Of a DNA stretch of 64,000 bases, positions 37,959-48,873 are shown piece after piece. Origin of the DNA: Minisyncoccota bacterium (GTDB lineage Bacteria; Patescibacteriota; Minisyncoccia; Phycocordibacterales; UBA1550); NCBI GenBank assembly GCA_023229865.1, contig JALNYL010000007.1, positions 325 through 64,324 on the forward strand, in the 5' to 3' direction. Below the pieces are notes generated by a model, which was given only the letters and a program-made list of their open reading frames with translations, was not told where the DNA came from and made no database searches. The translations under genes were made by a program, and so were the position numbers. Each line of letters starts with the position of its first letter. Position 1 is the stretch's first letter.

Positions 37959-38080
37959 GTACACGTGGGAATAGTTACTCAACAAGACTCATCGAGCAGC
38001 CCTCGATGAGTCTTGTTGTTCGTGACTTCTCGGGTGTTACTTGGTAGACTTTTTAATAAAGAAAATATAAACAACACATT

Positions 38081-38980
38081 ATGAACATCAAGCCAAATGA
38101 GGGGACAATCGATCGAATGATTCGAATTATTATCGCGGAAATCTTTTTTCTGCTTGCGTTCTTTTGGGTTAGTGGGGTGGCGCAAATCGTTCTTTATGTC
38201 GCTGCCGCTGGGACGCTCCTCACTGCGATCTCAGGTTTTTGCGGGCTCTATAAAATATTTGGAGTCGATACTGCTTCGACCATTAAGAAGTCCCCAACAA
38301 AAATAATTATCAGTTTTTTGTTTGTAGCAATCCTTGTAGCCGCGATGGGGGGCTACTACAGTAATTTCTTTACCAAAAAAATCTTTTTGGAAGATTACAA
38401 CAAGATGAATCAGTATTATAAACAAACACTATTTTATACGGGGCAAAATGCTCGCCCAGAGGCTGTGGCAAACTATGCGCTTCTTGGAGAAGAGTACGCG
38501 CTCTTCAACGCTAAATACCAGAAGTATCACCCCTATGCACTCCGTCGAGACAGTCAGCTCAATGGTGATTTGGTAAAAGTTTCAAATATTATTTCTGAAC
38601 TGAAGACCCAGATTGCCACGGGTGATTTGAAAATGGCACACACCACGCTTGAGGAAGTTCGCCCTGTCTTCCAAGATATTTTAAAAAGAAATGGATTTTC
38701 TCTTCTCGCTGTTGCTCTCGTTGATTTTCATGACGCCATGGAAAAAGTTATCGCAGCCGCCGACGCAAAGGATGCCGCAACCTTGATCGCTGTTTATCCA
38801 GAAGTGAGTGAAAAGCTTAAGGCCGTAGAGGATACTGCAAATGATTCTGAAATTCAGCTCATCAGGCAAAAACTCGAGGAAGTATTTCTTCTTGCAAAAG
38901 AGAATAAAGTCGAGCTATTGTCGGCGAAAGCCGCAGAGCTCAAAAGTGCTTTTGTAAAAGTGTATCTCAAGAGGGGATAG
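38081..38980 (+). CDS. Hypothetical membrane protein with a C-terminal soluble helical domain
   Basis: Three N-terminal TM helices. Confidence 0.3.
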   Translation: MNIKPNEGTIDRMIRIIIAEIFFLLAFFWVSGVAQIVLYVAAAGTLLTAISGFCGLYKIFGVDTASTIKKSPTKIIISFLFVAILVAAMGGYYSNFFTKKIFLEDYNKMNQYYKQTLFYTGQNARPEAVANYALLGEEYALFNAKYQKYHPYALRRDSQLNGDLVKVSNIISELKTQIATGDLKMAHTTLEEVRPVFQDILKRNGFSLLAVALVDFHDAMEKVIAAADAKDAATLIAVYPEVSEKLKAVEDTANDSEIQLIRQKLEEVFLLAKENKVELLSAKAAELKSAFVKVYLKRG

Positions 38981-39061
38981 TGGCCCCCAGGAATCCCCGC
39001 TTGACGCGGGGGTTCCTTTGATATATCATTCAAACATACATTTGAATGTATTTGTATCGCC

Positions 39062-39358
39062 ATGGCCACCAAACAGAAAACCAATGAGAGCATCGAAGCT
39101 CTCGCCAAGAAGCTCCAGACCGCTGGGGATATCAATAGGCTCAAGATTCTTTGCTATTTGTTTTCTGCGAAAAAGGCGTGTGTCACCGATATTGCGGACA
39201 ATATTGGGATGACCGTGGCGACTGCATCGCATCATTTACAGGCCCTCGCAAAGGAGGACCTCCTCGCCTCAGAGCGAGAGGGGAAGAAGATTTGCTACAA
39301 GCTCGGCGGCGCCGAAATCAACGCAGACCTTAAAAAGTTCATTTGCAAATATAAATAA
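39062..39358 (+). CDS. ArsR/SmtB-family transcriptional regulator
   Basis: HTH LKILCYLFSAKKACVTDIADNIGMTVATASHHLQAL. Confidence 0.75.
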   Translation: MATKQKTNESIEALAKKLQTAGDINRLKILCYLFSAKKACVTDIADNIGMTVATASHHLQALAKEDLLASEREGKKICYKLGGAEINADLKKFICKYK

Positions 39359-39371
39359 TCAAAATAAAAAT

Positions 39372-39611
39372 ATGAAAGAAAATAAAGTAATCGTGTATTC
39401 GACCCCAATCTGCCCCTACTGCATCTACGCAAAAGATTTTTTCAAAAAGAACAACGTGCCTTTTGAAGATGCGGATGTTTCTCGTGATCGCGCTCGCGCA
39501 GAAGAGATGATAAGGAAGAGTGGGCAGATGGGCGTACCAGTGATCGATATCAATGGCGAAATCATCGTCGGTTATCAGCCAGAAGTTTTTGCAGAACTTC
39601 TTTCAAAGTAA
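39372..39611 (+). CDS. Glutaredoxin/NrdH-like redoxin
   Basis: CPYC active site. GVPVI...G motif. Confidence 0.7.
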   Translation: MKENKVIVYSTPICPYCIYAKDFFKKNNVPFEDADVSRDRARAEEMIRKSGQMGVPVIDINGEIIVGYQPEVFAELLSK

Positions 39612-39618
39612 ATACATC

Positions 39619-40014
39619 ATGACAAAAGCTACAAAAAATATTGTTATCGGACTCGGTGTCCTCATTGTGTCTCTTGTCGTCATCTTCTCGTCGACGACAA
39701 AGGCGAGCGGTGGTCTCCTCGGGGCAGATGAGTTTATCACGAAGTACCAGAGTGCTCCTGGTGCGGTGCTCCTCGATGTGCGCACGCCGGGAGAGTTTGT
39801 GGCAGGGCACATCGCCACGGCGATAAACGTCGACTATGAAAATCCCAATTTCGTAGAAGAACTCAAAAAACTCGATCCGACAAAAACATATTTCATTTAC
39901 TGTCGTTCTGGCAATAGGTCTTCGAAAGCCCTCGTGCTCATGAAGCAGAATAATTTCCAAATGGTGTACGACTTGCGCGGGGGCGTGAGTGGATCGCCCC
40001 AGCTTTTGAAGTAG
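39619..40014 (+). CDS. Membrane-anchored rhodanese-domain protein
   Basis: N-terminal TM helix. Active-site CRSGNRS. Confidence 0.7.
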   Translation: MTKATKNIVIGLGVLIVSLVVIFSSTTKASGGLLGADEFITKYQSAPGAVLLDVRTPGEFVAGHIATAINVDYENPNFVEELKKLDPTKTYFIYCRSGNRSSKALVLMKQNNFQMVYDLRGGVSGSPQLLK

Positions 40015-40036
40015 GGGGGGGTAGCCAAAAACACCA

Positions 40037-40077
40037 AAACCCCACCGCGCGTTTTATTAACGCGCGGTGGGGTTTTG
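40037..40077 (+). terminator. Intrinsic terminator
   Basis: AAAACCCCACCGCGCGTTTTATTAACGCGCGGTGGGGTTTTGTTTT. Confidence 0.6.
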
Positions 40078-40202
40078 TTTTGAATTGTTGAGATGACCGA
40101 GTTCTATGCTTAATGCAGAAATTTGGTAGCTCGGAATCTTTGGGGGTTGTCCACATTTTCCTTTAGTAAAATTACGATAAAAGTGTTAGGCTTTTGTTAT
40201 CT

Positions 40203-41033
40203 ATGTCTAAAAATGAGACAATAAAATTTTCAGGTTATCATTTGATAATTAAAGGGAAGAAAACCTTTGATTTGTCATGTTTCTCTTTGGTAGAGAGTGA
40301 GCGGACAGAACGCCTTGTTATTTCAAGCGGAGAGCAAAAAGAAACTCTTCAAGTAACTAAACACAAGAAAGTAACACACTCTGAGCGTTTTTTGACGCTG
40401 TATTTTAATTCAGGGGAAAAATATCCATATTCACCGACAGTTATCGACGGTGAACTGCAAGAAACTGATAATCCGAGGAATCCCGAGCAGATCGAACTTG
40501 ATGAACAACTTTTTGTTTTGTTTGATACCGTAACGCAGAGAATGTGGATTTCAAATCAACGAAAGAAAAATTTTATAGTAGAGTGGATAGCCAAAAAAAC
40601 AAAATTTGAAATCTCTGTTAAATCCATCCTTGACGAAGAGACATTTTTGGAAAAAATTAAATCAGTTGAGGAGGTGTCTTTTTGTGTTGTGCCGAATTTA
40701 TTTAATACTTCTGGGCAAAATACATTATCAGGGCATTTAGCCCAGGATATTTATGGGTTTGGTGCAAGCAAGGCACGCATAGAACTCTCATATAAAGATA
40801 TTTCAATTAATGATAAAATAAAGACAAGGATAAGAGAGATGCTTGGTCGTAAATCAGATTTTCAAGATGTTAGTGTTGTGGGTAGAAGTGATGAGGGGTT
40901 AGATACAATTTTTAATTTGGAGGAAGTAATAAGTAGGATTCACGTAGAAGTTGTTGCGGATAATAAATCTAAACTACTTGATCCAGTGGAAGTATTCGAT
41001 TCTTTAATTAGTAATATAAATAAATATGAGTAA
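40203..41033 (+). CDS. Hypothetical protein A of the low-GC island (an alternative TTG start lies at 40194)
   Basis: Long ORF in an AT-rich segment. No recognisable motif. Confidence 0.4.
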   Translation: MSKNETIKFSGYHLIIKGKKTFDLSCFSLVESERTERLVISSGEQKETLQVTKHKKVTHSERFLTLYFNSGEKYPYSPTVIDGELQETDNPRNPEQIELDEQLFVLFDTVTQRMWISNQRKKNFIVEWIAKKTKFEISVKSILDEETFLEKIKSVEEVSFCVVPNLFNTSGQNTLSGHLAQDIYGFGASKARIELSYKDISINDKIKTRIREMLGRKSDFQDVSVVGRSDEGLDTIFNLEEVISRIHVEVVADNKSKLLDPVEVFDSLISNINKYE

Positions 41034-41487
41034 AAAATATTTCACGGCCACTGTGTTGTTCCTAGTATCTCTACTTGTTCAAATTAAATTCTTTTCTAAT
41101 ATTCAATTTAGTCTAAGTACAATAAGCGATATAGTTACGTTTTTGTCTATCTTGTTTGGCTTTTATGTAACTAGTCTTGCGATTTTTGTAACCTCCAAGT
41201 ATGTTTCAAGTCTGTATGAGATCGTGGACCGCAATAATAAGGGGGTTACATTGCTTGATACACTGACGAACAACTACAAATTTGGATTGATCCTCACTCT
41301 CTTGTCATTAATGTATTTTATTGGAGTTCAGTTTTTTATACCTTTACAACAAAGCACACTGTCTCTTGGCGACGGAATATTTTACCCCCTAATAGGATTT
41401 CTTGTTCTAGATTTTGTTTATTGTTTTGCAATGCTTAGTGATTTAATTAAAATTATTATTCAAGAAGGCAAAAGTCGCGCGGTCTAA
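41026..41487 (+). CDS. Hypothetical 4-TM membrane protein B of the island
   Basis: Start overlaps the stop of A (ATGAGTAA). Four hydrophobic helices. Confidence 0.45.
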   Translation: MSKKYFTATVLFLVSLLVQIKFFSNIQFSLSTISDIVTFLSILFGFYVTSLAIFVTSKYVSSLYEIVDRNNKGVTLLDTLTNNYKFGLILTLLSLMYFIGVQFFIPLQQSTLSLGDGIFYPLIGFLVLDFVYCFAMLSDLIKIIIQEGKSRAV

Positions 41488-41522
41488 ATTGTTATAATTA
41501 TTCGTTTGAATAAACAAAGATT

Positions 41523-42128
41523 ATGAATGAAGAAATTTTAGCAAGAACGGAGTCTCTTTATTTAATCAATTCAAACAAGGAAAAGTGCGCTGAATTGATT
41601 AGGGAATCTGACTTATCAGCAGAGGATATGATTGACATATTTATTAGTTTGCATATCGTTCTTGAGGTTGGGCTAAATGCATTTTTTAGAAACTTGTCTT
41701 TGTTGTCTATCAAAAAAGACGTTGACACTTTTGAGATTATAAGAAATGTTGACTCGGTCAATTTTATAGATAAAACAATTATGTTTATTTATAATTCGAA
41801 ATTTGATTTTTTGAGCGAAGAAGATCTGCATAGGGCTACTGCCTATCATAGTATTATTGGCCACTTAAAACATTTTTCAGCGATGCGCAATCGGCTACTC
41901 CATGGACATTCAATAAGCACTATATTTGATGGTGAGAGAAACAGACACTCGGGATTGAAAGAAGATATAAATTTGGAAAATCTTAAAAGACAAATTTTAA
42001 AATTCAGTTTTATTTTTGAGGGAATGAAATTTTATTTAGATAAATTAGATTCGCCTCTTACTGAATCTGGGAAAGAAAGTTTTAAGGCCGAATATTTAAG
42101 TGACGAATTTTTGCCAATATTGAGATAA
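41523..42128 (+). CDS. Hypothetical protein C with an Rx4H HEPN-like motif (candidate RNase)
   Basis: KHFSAMRNRLLHGHS carries an R-x4-H motif in an otherwise alpha-helical protein. Confidence 0.35.
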   Translation: MNEEILARTESLYLINSNKEKCAELIRESDLSAEDMIDIFISLHIVLEVGLNAFFRNLSLLSIKKDVDTFEIIRNVDSVNFIDKTIMFIYNSKFDFLSEEDLHRATAYHSIIGHLKHFSAMRNRLLHGHSISTIFDGERNRHSGLKEDINLENLKRQILKFSFIFEGMKFYLDKLDSPLTESGKESFKAEYLSDEFLPILR

Positions 42129-42301
42129 CTTATCCTTTTGCCCCTTAAATCGGCCATACCTCCACACTTACTTTTTAAAACCTGGTTATGCAATGGTGAT
42201 TCATCTTTCAATCCACCTCATTGACTCTCCTCAAACTTTAATATAGAACTAACGTAGTTGGATTTGGTCTTTTAATCAATTTACAGAAACGGAGGGTTCA
42301 A

Positions 42302-43327
42302 ATGGAAATTACTCTGCAAGACAGATTCCGCGGGGCGCTTGTTGGCGTCCTTGCGGGCGATGCGCTCGGGGCGCCGTATGAGCTGGGGAAGGCGGCAGAC
42401 ATTGACGCTGACTTCGCGAAGCGCGGCGGCCTCACGGCGTTTGGTTACCAAAATCCCTTTTACGGGAAGACGGAAGACATCAAAGAGTTTCCCGCAGGGC
42501 GACCGACGGATGATTCCGATCACACTGCAGCACTCGCGAAAAGCCTCATCGAAAGCAATGGTCTCGACGAAAAAGATTTGTTCTATCGTCTGCGCAGTAT
42601 CGTCGTGAATGGCTGGAGTCCTTTGTGGGGAGGGAAGGCAGTAGGCGCCGGCAGAACGACGCGCAAAATGCTCGCCCCCGAAACCTACGAAGAGTCGTAT
42701 GCGATTCCAAGCAAGGGAGCATTCCCGAGCAACGGAAGTCTCATGCGTTCGGCACCGATGGCACTCTATTTTGCGGCGACACGCCCTACGGGTGGTATCG
42801 ACCGCGATATGGTAGCAAGGATGTCGCGTGTAACACACCGTCATCCGCTCGCGGTGCGGTGCTGCGTTGCGTATGCCTCCATCCTTTACGAACTCCTCCT
42901 GGGGTATCATCGTGACGGTGCGAGTCAGAGAGCGATTCAGCTCGGGTATGACTGGGATCATGAGAGTGGAGTTCTCAATCTTCACCGCGAAGAGATTCCC
43001 TGGCAAGTCAGTCTCGCAGACATGCTTGCTGATCCTACAGTTCACCCGCGTGACCCCTGGGGAAAGCCGGGCATCGGTGATGTACTCCTCACGCTCCATG
43101 TTGCACTCTGGGCGCTCTACACTACTTCGAGTTTCCGCGAGGGGATTACGAAAGTCGTTGCGCTTGGTGGCGACACGGATACGTACGCTGCAGTGGCCGG
43201 GGGACTCCTCGGTGCATACTATGGCGAACAAGGTATCCCGCCCGAATGGAGGAACGTTCTCCTTGGGCGACAAGTGATGGAAAACCTCGCTGATGAATTC
43301 TGTATCTGGGCAAACCAAAGTGCGTAA
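42302..43327 (+). CDS. ADP-ribosylglycohydrolase (DraG/ARH family)
   Basis: GALVGVLAGDALGAPYE and DDSDHT motifs. C-terminal GGDTDTYAAVAGGLLGA. Confidence 0.75.
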   Translation: MEITLQDRFRGALVGVLAGDALGAPYELGKAADIDADFAKRGGLTAFGYQNPFYGKTEDIKEFPAGRPTDDSDHTAALAKSLIESNGLDEKDLFYRLRSIVVNGWSPLWGGKAVGAGRTTRKMLAPETYEESYAIPSKGAFPSNGSLMRSAPMALYFAATRPTGGIDRDMVARMSRVTHRHPLAVRCCVAYASILYELLLGYHRDGASQRAIQLGYDWDHESGVLNLHREEIPWQVSLADMLADPTVHPRDPWGKPGIGDVLLTLHVALWALYTTSSFREGITKVVALGGDTDTYAAVAGGLLGAYYGEQGIPPEWRNVLLGRQVMENLADEFCIWANQSA

Positions 43328-43499
43328 CAAACTGTACTTTTCAAACCGGCGAGCAATCGCCGGTTTTTGTTTTGAGTCCACAATCGAACCCTTGATTTTT
43401 CTACAATTTTGTGTTATAAGCAAATCAGGTAGCTGTTTGTAAAACTCGTCGCCCGACATTTTGTCAGGCGACAAACTATTAAAATAGAAAGGAATAACC

Positions 43500-44714
43500 A
43501 TGCAGGAAACCACACTGACAAAGTCTGGGGTGAACCGCAGGCTCTGGAATGCAATACGAATCCTCATGTCCTCGTTGGGGGAAAATGGTATGTACGCAGG
43601 CTCTGGCCCGCGCTACCGCAACCAATGCTGGACACGCGATGTATCCCTCGCACTTTTCCCCGCGCTCTACTCGATGTGTTCGCGGGGGATGAGTATGCCG
43701 GGGGCACCGACGGACAAGGCTTACCTTTTGGGGGTTCGCGAGAAACATCTCGCGCAACTCATGGAACGCCAAGGCCCGACCGGCGCCATCCCGATTCTTT
43801 ATGCGGACAACTTCGAGCAACTTCTGTTGTCGAAGCTGTCCAAAGCAAAGTGGGACGGCAAAACGCTCGATGTGAATGGTTCGTTTGTGGCCCGTCGTAT
43901 TCTCGACGGCTACTACGCGTCCCAGGGGCGGGGGGCGGAGTTCAGCGATTTCCCCAAGGATCGTGAGTGTGGCCTCTATCGCCTCACTCCGGGTACGACA
44001 GATAGCGAGCTCATGTTCGCGTATGCTGTCTACTCGCAAAAAGAATCCACGGAAATTCATCGCAACCACGCAGACCGCGCGATCAAGCATCTCGAAGATC
44101 GTTACGTTTGGAACGGCCTGCATAATGGCGCCGACTGGCGTGACACGATGGAAGTCTTCTTTCGCGACAAGCCGCTCCTCACCAACAACGCACTGCTCTA
44201 CGCCGTGTACAAGTTGTCGGGTAATGTGGAGAAGGCGGGCGCACTGAAGGCAGAAATCGAACGTGTTCTCTGGAACGGCGAGACCTATCTCGACTATCCT
44301 GAAGCAACGCGCTTCGATCCACTCGGTGGCGCACTCGGTGTTCTTCATGGGCTGATTCCTGAGGAACGCTATGCGTCGGTGCTGGCTGGCTTCAAGTCTG
44401 TCGACACGCCGCAGGGTGTGACGATCGAGTGCAAGCACAACCCGCACCAGTCAGGCGAAGCAGAAGTCATCGAACGTACGGGCGGCATTGTTGTGTGGCC
44501 ATTTGTTGTCGGCTTCACCATTCTTGCGGCTCTCGAAATGGGCGAACATGAATTTGCTCTCGAGCAGTTCAAAAAGTTCCACAACCTCGATGGCTTTGCA
44601 GAATGGTATGACCCCGCAGACGGAAGTAAGTGGGGCGAGCACGAGCAGGGCTGGAGCGCCGCACTCTATGTGCGTGTCGTCGAAGCCCTCACACAGCGTG
44701 GTCTCCTGCAATAA
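43500..44714 (+). CDS. Glycoside hydrolase of the (alpha/alpha)6-barrel type (GDE_C / GH100 / GH63-like)
   Basis: Helical repeats with conserved W/D/E acidic residues. Weak family assignment. Confidence 0.35.
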   Translation: MQETTLTKSGVNRRLWNAIRILMSSLGENGMYAGSGPRYRNQCWTRDVSLALFPALYSMCSRGMSMPGAPTDKAYLLGVREKHLAQLMERQGPTGAIPILYADNFEQLLLSKLSKAKWDGKTLDVNGSFVARRILDGYYASQGRGAEFSDFPKDRECGLYRLTPGTTDSELMFAYAVYSQKESTEIHRNHADRAIKHLEDRYVWNGLHNGADWRDTMEVFFRDKPLLTNNALLYAVYKLSGNVEKAGALKAEIERVLWNGETYLDYPEATRFDPLGGALGVLHGLIPEERYASVLAGFKSVDTPQGVTIECKHNPHQSGEAEVIERTGGIVVWPFVVGFTILAALEMGEHEFALEQFKKFHNLDGFAEWYDPADGSKWGEHEQGWSAALYVRVVEALTQRGLLQ

Positions 44715-44817
44715 CAGCGATAGTTACATTGGTACATTTGTAGTACAAGCCGGCGAGCAATCGCCGGTTTTTTGTTTTTTTAAATTTAATCCTGCTATAC
44801 TATTCACTATAACCCAG

Positions 44818-45987
44818 ATGGAGAAATACATACTGACAATTAATGGGGGATCATCGAGTATTAAGTTTGCGCTGTTTAATGCTGATGGTTCTTTTGCGGA
44901 GGTGATGACGGGCAAGATTGACCGCATCGGACTCGAGGGGTCTTTTCTCGCGTATAAGAAAGGTGCTACTGATGAGGTGGTGCAGGTGATGCCACTCCCA
45001 GATTTTGCAGCGGCAGTCGAGGCGCTCAACTCATTCCTCGGGCAGGAAGTGGATTTCAATAATATCGCTGTCGTCGGTCATCGTGTGGTGCACGGGCTCA
45101 AGCACGAGACACATATGGTGGTAACTCCCGAGCTCATCGCCGAGCTCAAGCAGACCATCCCGCTCGACCCCGAGCATCTACCTCTCGAGATTGCGATCAT
45201 TGAGACATTTGCAGAGCGACACGCCACACTCAAGCAGGTTGCGTGCTTCGACACCGTCTTCCATCACGATATGCCACGGGTTGCGCAGACGCTCCCGGTG
45301 CCGAGACGATTTGAGGCGCAGGGTGTGCACCGCTATGGGTTCCACGGACTTTCGTGTGCGTACATTATGGGAGAGCTTGCTCGTGTGGATCTCATGAATG
45401 CGGGAGGGCGGGTCATCATTGCGCATCTCGGCAATGGCGCAAGTATCACCGCGGTGAAGGAAGGCAAGAGTGTGGACACGAGTATGGGATTTACCCCTGC
45501 AGGCGGAATCCCTATGAGCACACGCATGGGCGACATTGACCCGGGGATGCTCTGGTACATTATGAAGAGCGAAGTGCTTACACTCGACGAACTCAATCAT
45601 CTCATCAATCACGAGTCGGGGCTCCTTGGTGTGTCTGAGACTACATCGGATATGCACGACCTACTCGAGAAGGAGGCGAGTGATATCCGTGCCAACGAAG
45701 CGGTGGGCCTCTTCTGCTATGAAGCAAAGAAGCGCATCGGCGCATACGCTGCGGCACTCGGCGGTATTGATACACTTATTTTTACGGGAGGAATGGGGGA
45801 GAACGCCCCGCGCATACGTAAGCGCATTTGTGAAGGGCTTCAATTTCTCGGGGTTACGCTAGATGATGCTGCAAACGAATCGAACAGAGAGATGATTGGA
45901 GCCCAGTCCGCACCCGTACGTGTGAGGGTTATGCACACCAACGAAGAGCTGATGATTGCACGCATTGCGAGCGATCTGGCGAAATAG
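44818..45987 (+). CDS. ackA: Acetate kinase
   Basis: ILTINGGSSSIKFALF N-terminus. ASKHG-type fold. Confidence 0.85.
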   Translation: MEKYILTINGGSSSIKFALFNADGSFAEVMTGKIDRIGLEGSFLAYKKGATDEVVQVMPLPDFAAAVEALNSFLGQEVDFNNIAVVGHRVVHGLKHETHMVVTPELIAELKQTIPLDPEHLPLEIAIIETFAERHATLKQVACFDTVFHHDMPRVAQTLPVPRRFEAQGVHRYGFHGLSCAYIMGELARVDLMNAGGRVIIAHLGNGASITAVKEGKSVDTSMGFTPAGGIPMSTRMGDIDPGMLWYIMKSEVLTLDELNHLINHESGLLGVSETTSDMHDLLEKEASDIRANEAVGLFCYEAKKRIGAYAAALGGIDTLIFTGGMGENAPRIRKRICEGLQFLGVTLDDAANESNREMIGAQSAPVRVRVMHTNEELMIARIASDLAK

Positions 45988-46053
45988 TTTGGCCCCACAA
46001 AATTTCTTGCTGGGAGAAACAAAATCATATTAAAAATTTTTACTTTCAAAACT

Positions 46054-48426
46054 ATGCACGAGACACAAACCCGACTCTCTCACGAGGAGCTCAACAAGAT
46101 GAACGCATATTGGCGAGCTGCAAACTATCTTTCGATTGCGCAGATTTATCTTTTTGATAACCCACTTCTCAAGGTACCCCTCGAGGCCTCACACGTGAAG
46201 CCTGTACTCCTTGGACACTGGGGGACGACCCCGGGGCAGAACTTTATCTACGTGCATCTCAATCGTGTCATCAAGAATTTTGATCTCAATATGATATATG
46301 TGTCAGGGCCAGGACACGGCGGACCTGCGCTCGTCGCCAACACATATCTTGAGGGTACGTATAGTGAGATTTATCCCAACATTTCACAAGATGAATTGGG
46401 GCTCAAGAAGCTTTTCACACAGTTTTCATTTCCGGGAGGAATCCCTAGTCACGTGTCACCTGAGTGCCCTGGCTCTATCCACGAGGGAGGCGAGCTCGGC
46501 TATTCTCTCAGTCACTCATTTGGTGCAGTGTTCGACAATCCCGACCTTATCGTCGCATGTGTCGTCGGTGACGGCGAAGCAGAGACGGGGCCACTCGCTA
46601 CATCGTGGCACTCAAATAAATTTTTGAATCCTATTTCCGATGGTGCGGTACTTCCGATACTTCACTTGAACGGGTACAAGATTGCGAACCCAACTATTTT
46701 TGCACGTATGGAGAGAGAGGAGCTCGACCAACTTCTCCGTGGATATGGATGGACGCCGTACTTCGTAGAGGGGAGCGACCCCTTGCTCATGCACGAGCTC
46801 ATGGCTGCGACACTCGACAAGGCGATCACTGAGATTAAACAAATTCAAGAGACTGCGCGCAAAACAGGCGAGCCTCATCGCCCACGTTGGCCGATGATCG
46901 TACTCCAATCGCCAAAAGGTTGGACGGGGCCAAAGATGGTGGACGGACTTCCTAATGAAAATTCTTTCCGTGCGCACCAAGTGCCCCTCACTATTGATAA
47001 AGATCATCCTGGACATCTCGCACTCCTCGAAGAGTGGCTCAAGAGCTACAAGCCTGAGGAACTTTTTGACGCAGAAGGAAAACTCATTCCCGAGCTCGCG
47101 GAGCTCGCACCAAAAGGCGAGAGGAGAATGGGTGCAAACCCTCATGCCAATGGCGGACTCTTGCTCAAGGATCTCATCATGCCTGAATATGAGAAGTATG
47201 CTGTCGATGTGCCGACACCGGGGTCAGTGCTCGCTTCGGATACGGGAGTGCTCGGAGGATTTCTCCGTGACATCATGGAGCTCAACAAGAAGGCGCGCAA
47301 TTTTAGAATCTTTGGACCTGATGAAACACTTTCAAATAAATTGAACGCAGTGTTCGATGTGACGAACCGCCAGTGGAACGCACGCACCCAAGAAGGGGAT
47401 GAGTTCCTTGCGACCGATGGTCGTGTGATGGAAATGCTCTCCGAGCACCAGTGTGAAGGGTGGCTCGAGGGCTACCTTCTCACGGGACGTCACGGACTCT
47501 TCAATAGTTATGAGGCATTTATTCATATCGTCGACTCAATGTTTAGCCAGCATGCAAAGTGGCTCAAGGTGACAAGTAAGCTCCCTTGGCGTCGTGATAT
47601 CGCATCGCTCAACTATCTCCTCGCATCGCACGTATGGCAGCAGGCGCACAATGGCTTCACCCATCAGGACCCAGGATTTATTGATCACGTGATAAATAAA
47701 AAAGCAGAAGTCGTGCGTGTGTATTTGCCACCAGATGCAAACAGCTTGCTCTCGGTGTATGACCATTGTCTCCGCAGTCGTCACTATGTGAACGTGGTTA
47801 TCGCAGGAAAATATATGGCACCGCAATGGCTCTCGATGGATGAGGCCAAGAAACATTGTACTGAGGGTATCGGTATTTGGCAGTGGGCAAGTAACGACCA
47901 AGGCAGTGAGCCTGATGTGGTGATGGTGAGCTGTGGTGATGTGCCGACCCGAGAAATCCTCGCAGCGATCATGATTCTCCGCGAGCATTTGCCTGAGATT
48001 AAAATTCGAATGGTGAATATCGTGGACCTCATGAAGATACAGCCACAATCAGAGCATCCACACGGACTCTCGGATGCGGACTTTGATTCTCTCTTTACGA
48101 AGGACAAGCATATTATGTTTGCGTTCCACGGATACCCATGGCTCATCCATCGCCTCACGTATCGTCGCAATAACCACGGCAATATCCACGTGCGTGGCTA
48201 CAAAGAAGAGGGGACGATCACGACTAACTTCGACATGACGGTAATGAATGATATGGATCGATACAATCTCGTCATTGATGTTATTAATCGTTTGCCACAG
48301 TTTGGCTCACGCGGTGACTATCTCAAGGAGTTCGCCCAGAATAAACTCATTGAGCACAAGGATTACATCAAGAAGCACGGCGAGGACATGCCGGAGATTC
48401 TGAATTGGAAATGGGAGAGGAAGTAA
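46054..48426 (+). CDS. xfp: Xylulose-5-phosphate/fructose-6-phosphate phosphoketolase
   Basis: 790 aa. N-terminal XFP signature [22 protein letters not shown]-binding region. Confidence 0.9.
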   Translation: MHETQTRLSHEELNKMNAYWRAANYLSIAQIYLFDNPLLKVPLEASHVKPVLLGHWGTTPGQNFIYVHLNRVIKNFDLNMIYVSGPGHGGPALVANTYLEGTYSEIYPNISQDELGLKKLFTQFSFPGGIPSHVSPECPGSIHEGGELGYSLSHSFGAVFDNPDLIVACVVGDGEAETGPLATSWHSNKFLNPISDGAVLPILHLNGYKIANPTIFARMEREELDQLLRGYGWTPYFVEGSDPLLMHELMAATLDKAITEIKQIQETARKTGEPHRPRWPMIVLQSPKGWTGPKMVDGLPNENSFRAHQVPLTIDKDHPGHLALLEEWLKSYKPEELFDAEGKLIPELAELAPKGERRMGANPHANGGLLLKDLIMPEYEKYAVDVPTPGSVLASDTGVLGGFLRDIMELNKKARNFRIFGPDETLSNKLNAVFDVTNRQWNARTQEGDEFLATDGRVMEMLSEHQCEGWLEGYLLTGRHGLFNSYEAFIHIVDSMFSQHAKWLKVTSKLPWRRDIASLNYLLASHVWQQAHNGFTHQDPGFIDHVINKKAEVVRVYLPPDANSLLSVYDHCLRSRHYVNVVIAGKYMAPQWLSMDEAKKHCTEGIGIWQWASNDQGSEPDVVMVSCGDVPTREILAAIMILREHLPEIKIRMVNIVDLMKIQPQSEHPHGLSDADFDSLFTKDKHIMFAFHGYPWLIHRLTYRRNNHGNIHVRGYKEEGTITTNFDMTVMNDMDRYNLVIDVINRLPQFGSRGDYLKEFAQNKLIEHKDYIKKHGEDMPEILNWKWERK

Positions 48427-48441
48427 AAAGTTAAATTCAAA

Positions 48442-48849
48442 ATGCCACGCATTGATCGACGGGGGGTTATGAGATTTGTCCGCTATAGCGGTGTGGGGGT
48501 CGGGACATTTCTCATCGACCTCGTACTCCTGTTTCTCCTCACTGACTTTTTGCACGTGCAGTACGTGGTCGCTACAGGGATTGCTTTTGCTATTGCGGTG
48601 TCAATCAATTACGTCATTAGTCGCGCGACGGTTTTTCGAGGGACCGCGCGCACGCATGCGCGTGGTTATGCAAACTTCATCCTCTTCGCACTCCTTGGGA
48701 TGACGATATCGATGGGCGGAATGTATGTTTTCGTGTCGGTGTTTGGGCTCTATTATATTTACGCGCGCATCGCCATTGCGGGCTTTGTGGGTGTGTGGAA
48801 CTACTTGATGAATCTCTACGTAAACTTCGCCGTCGCAGGGAAGCACTAA
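48442..48849 (+). CDS. GtrA-family membrane protein
   Basis: Four TM helices. N-terminus MRFVRYSGVGVGTFLIDL. Confidence 0.65.
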   Translation: MPRIDRRGVMRFVRYSGVGVGTFLIDLVLLFLLTDFLHVQYVVATGIAFAIAVSINYVISRATVFRGTARTHARGYANFILFALLGMTISMGGMYVFVSVFGLYYIYARIAIAGFVGVWNYLMNLYVNFAVAGKH

Positions 48850-48873
48850 AATTTTTGGCAAAGAAAAACTCCC

